Source: Bdellovibrionota bacterium | GTDB lineage: Bacteria; Bdellovibrionota_C; UBA2361; OMIW01 | DNA: 61,415 bases | Assembly: GCA_044345055.1 (NCBI GenBank) | Contig: JBIJBT010000002.1 | Span: 1 to 61,415, forward strand | Reading direction: 5' to 3' | Shown here: one piece after another, positions 38,054-47,669 of the stretch | How the letters are laid out: the number at the start of each line of letters is the position of its first letter | Numbering within the stretch: position 1 is the first letter of the stretch | Made by a program: the position numbers and the translations under genes | The notes under the pieces: model-generated | Database searches by the model: none | What the model was told of the DNA's origin: nothing | What the model saw: the letters and a program-made list of their open reading frames with translations, nothing else

Positions 38054-38070
38054 GTGTTACATTGTAACAC
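38054..38070. promoter_or_regulatory. perfect 8-1-8 palindrome GTGTTACA-T-TGTAACAC, a candidate operator
   Basis: Read directly. It lies about 40 bp upstream of the putative pspA -35 in the divergent intergenic region. Confidence 0.6.
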
Positions 38071-38109
38071 AAAACAAAATGATTAACTACCACATCCTCT
38101 CGTATTCTC

Positions 38110-38137
38110 TTGATAGGTCAAAAGAGACGGGTATCAT
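38110..38137 (+). promoter_or_regulatory. putative sigma-70 promoter of pspA
   Basis: TTGATA (38110-38115), 16-nt spacer, TATCAT (38132-38137). Consistent with the ATG 38180 start and its GAGAGGAG RBS. Confidence 0.4.
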
Positions 38138-38179
38138 TTCAAGATGCCACCTAATTCGCAAAACAAGAGAGGAGAAACT

Positions 38180-38827
38180 ATGAAGAGTATTAAACGGATA
38201 ACAACTACGATTAAGGCAAGCTTCGATGGAATGATAGGAATGCTCGAAAATCACGATGCTCTTGCATCGGCTGCAATCACTGCAGCTGAACAGTCAGCAG
38301 GTCGAGCAAAGGCTCAACTATATCGGGTGAAGCAGGACGGAGCTGCGATGCAGAAGCGAATTGCTGAGGTGCAGCAGCATGTCGCGCTGTGGGAGGACCG
38401 CGCACGAAGGAGTCGAGAGCTCGATGAGGAAAAGGCAATAGAGTGTCTAAGAAGACGTCAAAGATCTCTGGCTGAGATTACCCGTATCGAAGCGCAATAT
38501 CACGATCACCAAAAGCTCGAAAAGCAGCTCGAGGGCGATCTCACAACTATTGAGCAGAAAATAAACACACTCCGTCAGCAAAGAAACCTAATGCGTACAA
38601 GAGAGAGTCACGCAGAGGCTCGCAGACTCACCAATTCAGTTGAGTCAACAGTAGCCGGTGATATAGACAGCATCTTCGACCGTTGGGAGAGTCATATTAT
38701 CGGAGCCGAGCAACAGCAAAGCGATATGATGACGATTCTAGATGATCCTTTCGAAGATTCATTCGCCTCCGAGGAAGAGCGAAAAGAGCTAAAGAAACTG
38801 CTCGATTCTCTTGAGGAACCGCAGTAA
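38180..38827 (+). CDS. pspA: PspA/IM30-family protein (phage shock protein A-like)
   Basis: MKSIKRITTTIKASFDGMIGMLENHDA..., long coiled coil with W..RA (ALWEDRARRS), FDRWESHI..AE and an acidic C-terminus. This aligns by eye with E. coli PspA landmarks. Confidence 0.85.
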   Translation: MKSIKRITTTIKASFDGMIGMLENHDALASAAITAAEQSAGRAKAQLYRVKQDGAAMQKRIAEVQQHVALWEDRARRSRELDEEKAIECLRRRQRSLAEITRIEAQYHDHQKLEKQLEGDLTTIEQKINTLRQQRNLMRTRESHAEARRLTNSVESTVAGDIDSIFDRWESHIIGAEQQQSDMMTILDDPFEDSFASEEERKELKKLLDSLEEPQ

Positions 38828-38896
38828 GGAAGAGTTACCGAATCAGAGTAAAGTCTAGATTGCACCCAAATTATACAAAGTTCGTTAAGAGGCAGT

Positions 38897-40285
38897 ATGA
38901 ACACACACCACATCACAATAGAGAGGAAATTCCTCACAGAGGTAGATGAAGCTCTTAGTAAAGATAAAGAAAACACAATGGCAATTAAAGATGCGCAGCT
39001 TGCGCTCTCCTCTGAGGAGCAATTGCGAGTGTCGCGGATCAGCACCCTCCTTAGAACGGTCGGAATCGGTGTCCTTCTGGTAGGGGTGTCGTGCTTTCTT
39101 CTTCAAAGGTGGGGAGTTATCGACCACTTTCAGCGATATCTTCTTTTTCTCTGTTTCACGGGTAGTGTCTGTGCAGCTGGCCTCTGGTGCGGTCTTGGAA
39201 TAAAAGAGAATAAGGGAGCTCGTACCCTCCTCGGAACAGTTGTAGCACTAATTCCTGTTCACTGCGCCCAACTTGGAGCGATGGTGTATTCTCAGGTTGG
39301 GAGCGGTTTCGAAAATCATCCAGCCTTTCTTCGGTGGGATGCGGGAGATATGACTCACGCATTGCTCGCGACCGGAATCGGATTAGCTGCACTCGTGCCG
39401 CTTGCCTATCTTTCGTACTCAGTGCTTGCCCGACGATATGCAACGAGTCTGTGCGCAATCGGGTTTGGTGTAAGTGCCCTTCTTTTGGTGCCGAACCGCT
39501 CGCCACTTTTTTCTGCACTCCTTCTTATCGCTGGTGCAGCAGCAACAGCATTCGGCGAACGGAGATTTGTTAAGATTTCAGAGCTTAAAACTCGAGAAGC
39601 TTTTATCGCGCGATCGATCCCATTTATCGCTCTTGCGATGCTTGTCGGGCGTCAATACCTTTACGACTCTTCAACCTTCTTTATCGGAACTCTTTTCGGA
39701 TTTGCTGCAATTGGTCTACTTGCGCTAGCTCGGGCCTTTGCTCCCTATCGGTGGGCTGTGGCTATTGCAGAGTTAGCCTCCCTTCCATGTGCAGTACTCG
39801 CGGGAGTGTTCTGCGGTCACGCAGTAGTTGGATCACTTGACCTATATGGAACGATAGCTTCGCCCCTTCTGATCGGTATTCCTACCTCGATTGTACTTTT
39901 CGCCTCAGGAATATTCGCGATCGAGTGCTCTCGGGTTTTCAACCGAGTCGGGTCAATTTCGATATTTCTGACGGGTATTTCTGAATTAAGTCACTACGAT
40001 CCGAGCGGTAAAGTTGTAGCGCTAGTATGCGGCGTCGCTGCTATCTGTATTGCATGTGTAACTCGCCAACGCTCCCTTCTTATCGGCGGAAGTACATTAA
40101 CCGCACTCTCCCTAATGCTAATTATCCAATTAATCGTCCGAGGCATTTCCCCAACGATATGGTGGATAACACTGAGCATTACTGGTGTGGCTACGGTGAT
40201 TAGTGCATCGTACTTTGAGCGATATTTCAGTCAATTAAGAGAAGCTACCATCGCTGCACGAGGCCGAATCGGGGAATGGCGGTAG
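38897..40285 (+). CDS. polytopic inner-membrane protein of unknown function (462 aa, roughly 10-12 TM)
   Basis: AAGAGG RBS. A cytoplasmic N-terminal segment of about 50 aa is followed by consecutive hydrophobic helices. It lies 70 nt downstream of pspA on the same strand. Confidence 0.75.
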   Translation: MNTHHITIERKFLTEVDEALSKDKENTMAIKDAQLALSSEEQLRVSRISTLLRTVGIGVLLVGVSCFLLQRWGVIDHFQRYLLFLCFTGSVCAAGLWCGLGIKENKGARTLLGTVVALIPVHCAQLGAMVYSQVGSGFENHPAFLRWDAGDMTHALLATGIGLAALVPLAYLSYSVLARRYATSLCAIGFGVSALLLVPNRSPLFSALLLIAGAAATAFGERRFVKISELKTREAFIARSIPFIALAMLVGRQYLYDSSTFFIGTLFGFAAIGLLALARAFAPYRWAVAIAELASLPCAVLAGVFCGHAVVGSLDLYGTIASPLLIGIPTSIVLFASGIFAIECSRVFNRVGSISIFLTGISELSHYDPSGKVVALVCGVAAICIACVTRQRSLLIGGSTLTALSLMLIIQLIVRGISPTIWWITLSITGVATVISASYFERYFSQLREATIAARGRIGEWR

Positions 40286-40315
40286 TACTCCCTTAACTAT
40301 TCACATCAACTTTAA

Positions 40316-40347
40316 GGGGCGCAAATGGCGCCCCTTTTTTGTTTTTT
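40316..40347 (+). terminator. rho-independent terminator ending the pspA/membrane-protein unit
   Basis: GGGGCGC-aaatg-GCGCCCC followed by TTTTTTGTTTTTT. Confidence 0.85.
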
Positions 40348-40489
40348 AAACCATCGCGTGTCGATTCAAACCCCGACTAATGATACTGTGTTCATTTTGA
40401 ACCTAAACATCTCTTCATTTCTTTTTTCAGAAATCTCTGCTCCAAAATTCGTTTTCTCAACCTGTTCTAAAATCCGACAGCTTGTCATC

Positions 40490-43447
40490 ATGAAGATTCT
40501 TGAGCATATATCGTTGACAACCACCAAAGTACAACAGCAGTACAAGAGGGTTAAAGAAGCACTAGCGCAGGGTGATTTTGCAGCTGCGCAAGCAAAGAAG
40601 TTAAGGAACGCACCTTTTTATCGCGCTAAGCTTGGCGACGCTCATCGGCTACTCTTCAAGATCGGCAGCCATCAGGGAGAGGGAGTTGTTTTAATATTGG
40701 AGGTCATTCTTAATCATGACTACAAAGGCTCCCGATTCCTAAGGGGAGCAGATATTCACGAGCAGGACTTTTCTGGACCAGATCTCGACAAGATGCCAGA
40801 GGCTGATGATCAGCTTCGCTATCTGAACCCAAAGAGCACAACATTTCACCTCATCGACAAGCCAATCTCATTTAATCCCGAGCAGGAGGATATATTTCTT
40901 GCACCGATGCCTCTTATCTTGATTGGATCTGCGGGAAGTGGGAAAACGGTTCTGACTCTCGAGAAGCTCAGGTTGCTCCCGGGTCGCGTCCTCTACATCT
41001 CTCTCTCCGCTTTTCTTGTCGAAAACGCCCGACGTCTTTTTTCTTTAGCAAGCAAAGAGGACGAAGGTGATGTTGACTTCCTCTCCTTCCGAGAGCTTCT
41101 AGGAATGATTCAGATCCCCTCAGGAAGGGAGGTCAGATACTCAGATTTTGCCAGCTGGTGCGCCCTTCAGAGCGGGTGGGCAAAGCAAAATTCGCGAAAA
41201 CTTTTCGAGGAGTTTCGTGGAGTGCTGTCAGGTGGGGGCAAAAGTGATGGCGGCCCACTCTCTCAGGATGAATATCTTCAGCTCGGCATCAAACAGTCGA
41301 TCTTCCTTGATGAGAATCGCTCCCAGGTATTTGAGCTCTTTCGGCGCTACCGAGCTTGGCTCCCTCAATCACGGCTGTATGATTCAACGATTCTTGCCCA
41401 CGAGTATATACAAAGAGCGAGGCCAACCTATGACAGCGTGATTGTCGATGAGGTACAGGATTTTACAGTTCCCCAGCTCGCCCTAATTCTTCGGATGATG
41501 AAACAGAGCCACCACTTCATGTTATGTGGAGACTCAAATCAGATCGTCCATCCAAACTTTTTCTCATGGTCTCGGGTCAAGTCGTTTTTCTTTGCCCAAG
41601 ATGACGATCTTGGTTCTAGAATCATACGAGTTCTCCGCACTAATTTTCGTAACGCAAGAAAGATTACCGCTGTTGCCAATACTCTTCTTGCATTAAAACA
41701 GCGACGTTTTGGTTCAATCGATAAGGAGAGTAATTTTCTTGTCGAGAGCATTGCAGATGATGAAGGATCGATCGCAGTCGTTAATGCTCGCTCAAGTGGA
41801 GTAGACAAACTTAACGAAGCTTCTCGCATTTCAACGAAGTTTGCGATCATCGTTCTTGATGATGCCGATAAAGGTCGCGCTCGTTCGGTATTCGACACAC
41901 CTCTAATATTCTCGGTCCACGAGGCAAAAGGATTAGAGTATCCGAATGTGATCCTGTATTCGTTTGTAACCTCAGCCCAGTCGGAATTTAAGGAGATTGT
42001 TGGCGATATAACCTCAGAGGAATTAACAGGGGATATTTCTTTTGCAAGGAATCGGGATAAAACAGATAAATCGCTCGAAATATATAAGTTTTATGTAAAT
42101 GCACTTTACGTCGGTATCACTCGTGCTCTCTCGACAGTATATGTTGTTGACGAAGCGGCTGATCATCCTTTATGGGAGCTTCTCTCTATTCCTCGCGCTG
42201 CAGCCGATCTCTCTATCTCTGATCAATCATCGAGCGCCGAGGAGTGGTCTAAAGAAGCACATAGATTAGAGCTGCAAGGCAAATTAGAGCAGGCTAGAGA
42301 TATCCGAGAGAAGATTCTCAAAATTGAAAAAGTTCCATGGTCACTGCCAACAGCACAATCACTGCACGATGGTATAGCGCTAGCTGACAATAAAAGCTTG
42401 GAAATTCAGAAAAAACAGCTTATTGAATTATTTGAGATCGCCGAGGCACAAGATCTTCCCAGTTTGATCGAATATGTAAACAATAGATCGAACGCACCGA
42501 CAAGAGATGTCACACGCGCCAAGGCGTTGATGGCAGAAAAGTATTACGGGCAATACACAACCAGCAATCCCCGGGGTCTTCAGGCAGCGATTCGTCGATA
42601 CGGTGTCAATCATCGAAATCAACTCGGCGAGACACCGCTTCTGATTGCGGCAAAACTTTGGAAGCCCCGCCTCGTCGAAGAGCTGCTACAGGAGGGCGCG
42701 AACCCTCAGATATGCACTTACGGAGGACTCTCGCCGCTACGTGCTGTGCTGCGCGAGATATTCACCCACCCAAAACTCACTCGACGCCAAGCCGAAGAAG
42801 CTGGAGAAACGTGGAGACTTTTAGCTGAGCCAATCCTTCTAAATATAGAAGATCATCTCGTTAAGATTCTTCCACATCAGGGTGAATATATTCTCTTTCA
42901 GGTATTGGCGACGATCTTCTCCGGTACCATTCAGAGTAACTGGATCTCATTTGAGTCCGGTATTGAGATAGCGCATATTTTCTCTTATATCGAGAAGCTT
43001 CCCCATACAATATTGTCGGAAAAGCGCCGAAATCATCAATATTTCAGTGCATTGTTTTCAAAGAACGAAGTTGCGCGCTACGAGTCATCTAGTCGGGCAC
43101 TTCTTTTTCGTGTGAATCGCGGGAAATATCTCTTCAACCCTCTCATAAAGATGATGCATCTTTCCGTTGAGGCCGATCATATCGGTGCGAACTCACAAAT
43201 CAACGAGATGCCTTCAGATATCGAGCAACCAGACCCATCAACGGCACCCTCACAAGATATCCCCCTCTACGACCTCCTTGGCTTCCCCTTTCTCCCCGAG
43301 CCCGATGAACGCTACCTCCGCAGATATCCTCACATCCCCATCCGCCAGCTCCTCGACGAAATGACCACTCAGGCCCGAAATCGAATGCAACCGCCCAGTG
43401 CTTCCGGAAAAACGGGCACCAAACGGGTTGGTAAATCGGTGGATTAA
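40490..43447 (+). CDS. SF1 UvrD/Rep-like helicase with RelE/ParE-like N-terminal module and ankyrin-containing C-terminal half
   Basis: Start set at ATG 40490, because the track start at 40325 lies inside the terminator. Walker A IGSAGSGKT, motif II VIVDEVQDFT, CGDSNQ, TNFRN, VHEAKGLEYPNVILY, NALYVGITRA. N-terminus KKLRNAPFYRAKLGDAHRLLFKI....GVVLILEVILNHDY. Ankyrin-like GETPLLIAAKLWKPRLVEELLQEGANPQ. Confidence 0.85.
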   Translation: MKILEHISLTTTKVQQQYKRVKEALAQGDFAAAQAKKLRNAPFYRAKLGDAHRLLFKIGSHQGEGVVLILEVILNHDYKGSRFLRGADIHEQDFSGPDLDKMPEADDQLRYLNPKSTTFHLIDKPISFNPEQEDIFLAPMPLILIGSAGSGKTVLTLEKLRLLPGRVLYISLSAFLVENARRLFSLASKEDEGDVDFLSFRELLGMIQIPSGREVRYSDFASWCALQSGWAKQNSRKLFEEFRGVLSGGGKSDGGPLSQDEYLQLGIKQSIFLDENRSQVFELFRRYRAWLPQSRLYDSTILAHEYIQRARPTYDSVIVDEVQDFTVPQLALILRMMKQSHHFMLCGDSNQIVHPNFFSWSRVKSFFFAQDDDLGSRIIRVLRTNFRNARKITAVANTLLALKQRRFGSIDKESNFLVESIADDEGSIAVVNARSSGVDKLNEASRISTKFAIIVLDDADKGRARSVFDTPLIFSVHEAKGLEYPNVILYSFVTSAQSEFKEIVGDITSEELTGDISFARNRDKTDKSLEIYKFYVNALYVGITRALSTVYVVDEAADHPLWELLSIPRAAADLSISDQSSSAEEWSKEAHRLELQGKLEQARDIREKILKIEKVPWSLPTAQSLHDGIALADNKSLEIQKKQLIELFEIAEAQDLPSLIEYVNNRSNAPTRDVTRAKALMAEKYYGQYTTSNPRGLQAAIRRYGVNHRNQLGETPLLIAAKLWKPRLVEELLQEGANPQICTYGGLSPLRAVLREIFTHPKLTRRQAEEAGETWRLLAEPILLNIEDHLVKILPHQGEYILFQVLATIFSGTIQSNWISFESGIEIAHIFSYIEKLPHTILSEKRRNHQYFSALFSKNEVARYESSSRALLFRVNRGKYLFNPLIKMMHLSVEADHIGANSQINEMPSDIEQPDPSTAPSQDIPLYDLLGFPFLPEPDERYLRRYPHIPIRQLLDEMTTQARNRMQPPSASGKTGTKRVGKSVD

Positions 43448-43472
43448 AGTGTGGAGCTTAACGAGTGGTTGG

Positions 43473-43503
43473 ATGAGTGAGCCTGTTTACAGCACTCACT
43501 CAT
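43473..43503. terminator. hairpin between the convergent helicase and ald genes
   Basis: ATGAGTGAG (43473-43481) and CTCACTCAT (43495-43503) form a perfect 9-bp stem with a 13-nt loop. There is no clean T-tract. Confidence 0.4.
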
Positions 43504-43578
43504 TAAGAGGATGCGAAATACCGGAGCTCGATTTTTTCCTCCTGCTGAAAAAGGAAAATCGTGCCCCTTCCTATCAAA

Positions 43579-44712
43579 TTACCCCCGAAGCGGAGCCGCT
43601 GATATCGCCTCTTCGATCGGCACATAGGGCAATCCGAGGCTTTCGCTGCACGGTTGGTTTGTCATGTGTCCGGCGTGGGTATTTACCGCAGCGCGAAGCA
43701 CTCGATGTTTCTCCAGAGCTCCCTGAACTCCATGTTCTGCGAACTCAATGATATACGGGAGAGTTGCAGCGGTTAGGGCTAGTGTGGAGGTTCGGGGGGT
43801 TTGCGCCGGCATATTGCAAACACCGTAGTGCACCACTCCCTCCTCAACAAATACCGGTTCATCGAGGGAGGTCGGTCGAATCGTCTCGGCGCATCCGCCC
43901 TGGTCAATGCTGATATCAACGAAAACGGACCCCTGTTTCATCGAAGCAATCATCTCGCGGCTAATTAGTCGTGGAGCTGCTGCTCCGGGAATAAGCACCG
44001 CGCCGATCAGAAGATCAGCATTTCGCATCGCTCGCTCGAGACTAGATCGAGTAGAGTGGACGATCACTGCACGGTTGTTAAACTGAATTTTTGCCGCTTC
44101 GAGCTTTTTATAATCTACATCGAGTAGAGTGACCCGCGCACCCATACCGAGGGCGACTTCGCACGCATTGCGTCCCGCAATTCCCGCCCCAATAATCACG
44201 ACCTTTCCAGGAGCAACCCCGACTGTTCCACCCAACAACACCCCGCGTCCACCCTTTTGTGAGAGAAGGAAATAGGAGCCATTGAGCACCGATAACTTTC
44301 CTGCGACTTCACTCATCGGCTCCAGAAGCGGAAGGCGACGATCCTCGGTTTGCACAAGTTCATACGCAATACCGGTAACGCGCGACTCAAGAAGCTTTGT
44401 CGCCACATCGGGCATACTCGCAAGATGGAGATAATCAAATAGCGCAAGCCCGGGGCGAAAGAAGGGATACTCATCCTCGTGGGGCTCTTTAACCTTAACT
44501 ACAAGATCGGCGCCGCTCCACACCGCTTCGAGTGTCGGTACCACCTGACAACCAGCCGAAAGATAATCATCGTTGGTGAAAAAAGAGCCTGCGCCCGCAC
44601 CTTCCTCTATAAGTACTTTATGTCCCCTTTTGGTCAACTCAGATGCTCCGTCAGGAGTAAGAGCTACACGTTTTTCAAGGGTTTTTCGTTCTCGTGGAAT
44701 TCCAATTTTCAT
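43579..44712 (-). CDS. ald: alanine dehydrogenase
   Basis: MKIGIPRERKTLEKRVALTP.G...L...GH.V..E.GAG and the NAD fold VVIIGAGIAGRNA. GGAGGAG RBS. Confidence 0.95.
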   Translation of the reverse strand: MKIGIPRERKTLEKRVALTPDGASELTKRGHKVLIEEGAGAGSFFTNDDYLSAGCQVVPTLEAVWSGADLVVKVKEPHEDEYPFFRPGLALFDYLHLASMPDVATKLLESRVTGIAYELVQTEDRRLPLLEPMSEVAGKLSVLNGSYFLLSQKGGRGVLLGGTVGVAPGKVVIIGAGIAGRNACEVALGMGARVTLLDVDYKKLEAAKIQFNNRAVIVHSTRSSLERAMRNADLLIGAVLIPGAAAPRLISREMIASMKQGSVFVDISIDQGGCAETIRPTSLDEPVFVEEGVVHYGVCNMPAQTPRTSTLALTAATLPYIIEFAEHGVQGALEKHRVLRAAVNTHAGHMTNQPCSESLGLPYVPIEEAISAAPLRG

Positions 44713-44799
44713 TAATTATCTCCTCCAGAAATGGTGGTGGGCGATTCTAGACCTAATTATCCTAAAAGTACCATAGGCCGAAAAATCATCTCATAAAGG

Positions 44800-45579
44800 C
44801 TAGTATTTTTTACCCGATTCCTCCTGTTCTCGCCAAAGCTCCCACAGCTTCACATATTTTAGAAATACGTAGTAACCCTCGAGCATAGCCATAAGGAATC
44901 CCGGAAAACCCTCGCGAAAGCCCCGTTTTAGGAGGTACCACTTAGCCCATCGGGTGAAGGGGTTGAGAAGAATTTTTCGTTTTGATGGTTTCACTCCTTT
45001 GCGAAATTGCGATTGCGCGGCCTGCGTTGCGTAATTATTGAGCTGAGCAACCTGATGAGTTATGTTGCGGTAGGTGTAGTGGTAGAGCTCGCCCCGAAGC
45101 CTTTTTACCGCGCCATTAACGAGTGCTTTTTCATGGGGGTCCTCTCCTCCCCAAGAGGTCGCGTTGCGGCGACAGAGGCGGAGCCTATACTCCGGATACC
45201 ATCCACCATTGCGCCACCATTTACCGAGAAAATTTACGACGCGATTTATCTGATAACCGTTCACACCCTTATCATCACTCGCCAACTTTTCGTGAATCTC
45301 GCTCTGAAGCTCAGGCGAGAGCTCTTCATCAGCATCGAGATTCAACACCCACTCCTTCGTGCAACACCCCAAACCAAATCGTTTCTGCTCGACATAACCG
45401 GGCCAGGGACGTTGTTGGATGTTCACTCCAAATTCAGCACATATCTCGAGGGTCCGATCTTTTGAACCACTATCGATGATTATAATCTCGTCGCACCAAC
45501 GAACACTCTCGAGACAGCGCCGGATATTTCGCTCCTCGTCCTGACATACGATAAATACTGAGATAGTTGCGCGATTCAT
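44800..45579 (-). CDS. family-2 glycosyltransferase (LPS-core WaaE/KdtX-like)
   Basis: ISVFIVCQDEERNIRRCLESV.WCDEIIIIDSGSKDRT and the LDADEE (DxD-type) motif. Confidence 0.9.
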   Translation of the reverse strand: MNRATISVFIVCQDEERNIRRCLESVRWCDEIIIIDSGSKDRTLEICAEFGVNIQQRPWPGYVEQKRFGLGCCTKEWVLNLDADEELSPELQSEIHEKLASDDKGVNGYQINRVVNFLGKWWRNGGWYPEYRLRLCRRNATSWGGEDPHEKALVNGAVKRLRGELYHYTYRNITHQVAQLNNYATQAAQSQFRKGVKPSKRKILLNPFTRWAKWYLLKRGFREGFPGFLMAMLEGYYVFLKYVKLWELWREQEESGKKY

Positions 45580-45843
45580 AATGACCTCGAAAAGCTCACC
45601 ACAAGAGGATGGCGCAAGCAGATATCAGCTTACTCTCTGCGCTCGACCCAATCCTCTTCCAAGCGCTGCACTATACGACTTAGGCTGTTTTGAGGAAATG
45701 GTGAACCGATATTCACGGAACTACGATCGCGCCCTGTTTTTTAACAATTTCTCCCCCCTGTACAACCACTAGTTGGTAGCCTATCATCTCCCTTTAATCG
45801 ACCCATCATCAGGGTACCGACGTAGCCTTCCAGGGATCGGGAT

Positions 45844-47661
45844 ATGAACATACTTGGAATATCAGCTTTTTATCACGATAGCGCCGCATGCCTCGTTGTC
45901 GATGGTCAGATCATCGCAGCCGCTCAAGAGGAACGGTTTACCCGTAAAAAGCACGATTTTAATTTCCCCAAAGAAGCAGCGCAGTACTGTTTAAAAGCCA
46001 AGGGGCTCACTGTTGATGCGATTGATTATGTCGTCTTTTATGACAAACCAGTGCTCAAATTTGAGCGGCTCCTCGAAACGTATCTGACAACTGCGCCAAA
46101 AGGGTTCACGAGCTATGCAAAAGCGCTCCCCCTCTGGCTGAAACACAAGCTCTGGATCCCCGATACGATTCGTGACGAGCTTGGCTACAAAGGAGAGATA
46201 CTCTTCACTGAGCATCACCAAAGTCACGCAGGAAGCGCTTTTTATCCCTCCCCCTTTGCGGATGCAGCTATCCTAACTATCGACGGCGTTGGAGAATGGA
46301 CAACTAACAGTCTCGGCGTGGGGCGCGGTAACGAATTCTCCATTATTAAAGAGATCCAGTTTCCACATTCTCTTGGACTTCTCTACTCTGCATTCACCTA
46401 CTTTCTCGGCTTTAAAGTCAACTCTGGTGAATATAAAGTCATGGGGCTGGCGCCATACGGTGAGCCAAAATACACCCAGCAGATCTTCGATAATTTAATA
46501 GATCTTAAAGAGGACGGATCGTTTCATCTCAATCTTCGCTACTTCAATTACATGGAAGGGCTCAAGATGACGAACGACAACTTCGCTGAACTTTTCGGTG
46601 GAAGTCGTCGCAAACCGGAGTCCCCTCTAACTCAGCGCGAGATGGATCTGGCTCGATCAATTCAGGAGGTCACCGAAGAGTGTATGCTTCGCCAGGCCCG
46701 ATTTATTCACCGCGAAACAGGATCGGAAAATCTTTGTCTTGCTGGCGGAGTTGCTCTTAACTGCGTTGGAAATGGCCGAGTACTACGCGAGGGGCCTTTC
46801 AAGAAAGTTTGGATTCAACCGGCTGCGGGAGATGCCGGAGGCGCGCTCGGTGCGGCGCTCTGCGTTTGGTATGGTTATCTGAAAAAACCGCGAGTTGTCG
46901 ACGGTGTACACGATCTCCAAAAACAGTCTCTCCTCGGGCCCTCATACTCGAACGAAGAGGTCGTGTCTCGTCTTTCATCGTATAAGCCGGTGTATCACCT
47001 TCTTGAGGGAGATGAGCTGTATCGGCGAACCGCCGAGCTTCTCGGGCAAGAAAAAGTTGTCGGCTGGTTCCAGGGGCGTATGGAATTTGGCCCCCGAGCG
47101 CTCGGCAATCGAAGCATCCTGGGCGATCCTCGCTCGCGCGCGATGCAATCGACGATGAACCTCAAAATTAAGTATCGAGAATCGTTTCGTCCCTTCGCAC
47201 CAGCTGTACTTCTCGAACACGCATCAGAATATTTTGAGCTAGAGGGAGAATCCCCCTACATGCTCCTAGTCGCCCCTGTCTGTAATGAACGTCGTATTCC
47301 GCTCACGAAAGAACAGAGCGATCTATTTGGCATCGCGAAACTGAATGTCCCGAAATCGGACATTCCTGCGGTGACGCACGTTGATTATTCGGCCCGTATT
47401 CAAACCGTGAGCAAACAATCTCACCCCGTATTTCATAGTCTCCTCGAGGAGTTCTACCATCGAACAGGATGCCCAGTGCTCGTTAACACGAGTTTCAATG
47501 TTCGGGGCGAACCGATAGTATGCGCACCTGAACACGCCTACACCTGCTTTATGCGGTGCGAGATGGATTGCCTCGTGATAAACAACTATCTTTTCTTAAA
47601 AGAGGAACAGCCGCAGTGGCAGGACAAGGAAAACTGGCAAACGACCTTCGAACTGGATTAG
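45844..47661 (+). CDS. NodU/CmcH-family carbamoyltransferase
   Basis: MNILGISAFYHDSAACLVVDGQIIAAAQEERFTRKKHD, HH.SHA, and a C-terminal YrdC/Kae1-like part ...VNTSFN.RGEPIV. Confidence 0.95.
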   Translation: MNILGISAFYHDSAACLVVDGQIIAAAQEERFTRKKHDFNFPKEAAQYCLKAKGLTVDAIDYVVFYDKPVLKFERLLETYLTTAPKGFTSYAKALPLWLKHKLWIPDTIRDELGYKGEILFTEHHQSHAGSAFYPSPFADAAILTIDGVGEWTTNSLGVGRGNEFSIIKEIQFPHSLGLLYSAFTYFLGFKVNSGEYKVMGLAPYGEPKYTQQIFDNLIDLKEDGSFHLNLRYFNYMEGLKMTNDNFAELFGGSRRKPESPLTQREMDLARSIQEVTEECMLRQARFIHRETGSENLCLAGGVALNCVGNGRVLREGPFKKVWIQPAAGDAGGALGAALCVWYGYLKKPRVVDGVHDLQKQSLLGPSYSNEEVVSRLSSYKPVYHLLEGDELYRRTAELLGQEKVVGWFQGRMEFGPRALGNRSILGDPRSRAMQSTMNLKIKYRESFRPFAPAVLLEHASEYFELEGESPYMLLVAPVCNERRIPLTKEQSDLFGIAKLNVPKSDIPAVTHVDYSARIQTVSKQSHPVFHSLLEEFYHRTGCPVLVNTSFNVRGEPIVCAPEHAYTCFMRCEMDCLVINNYLFLKEEQPQWQDKENWQTTFELD

Positions 47662-47669
47662 TGGTTGAT

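Noticed and set aside
40325-40489. Upstream extension of the helicase ORF (track start 40325)
   Set aside because: The extension begins inside the stem of the rho-independent terminator at 40316-40347 and encodes implausible sequence. ATG 40490 is preferred.
43398-43751. 117-aa plus-strand ORF overlapping the ald 3' end
   Set aside because: It is antisense to a clearly identified alanine dehydrogenase gene and has no motif.
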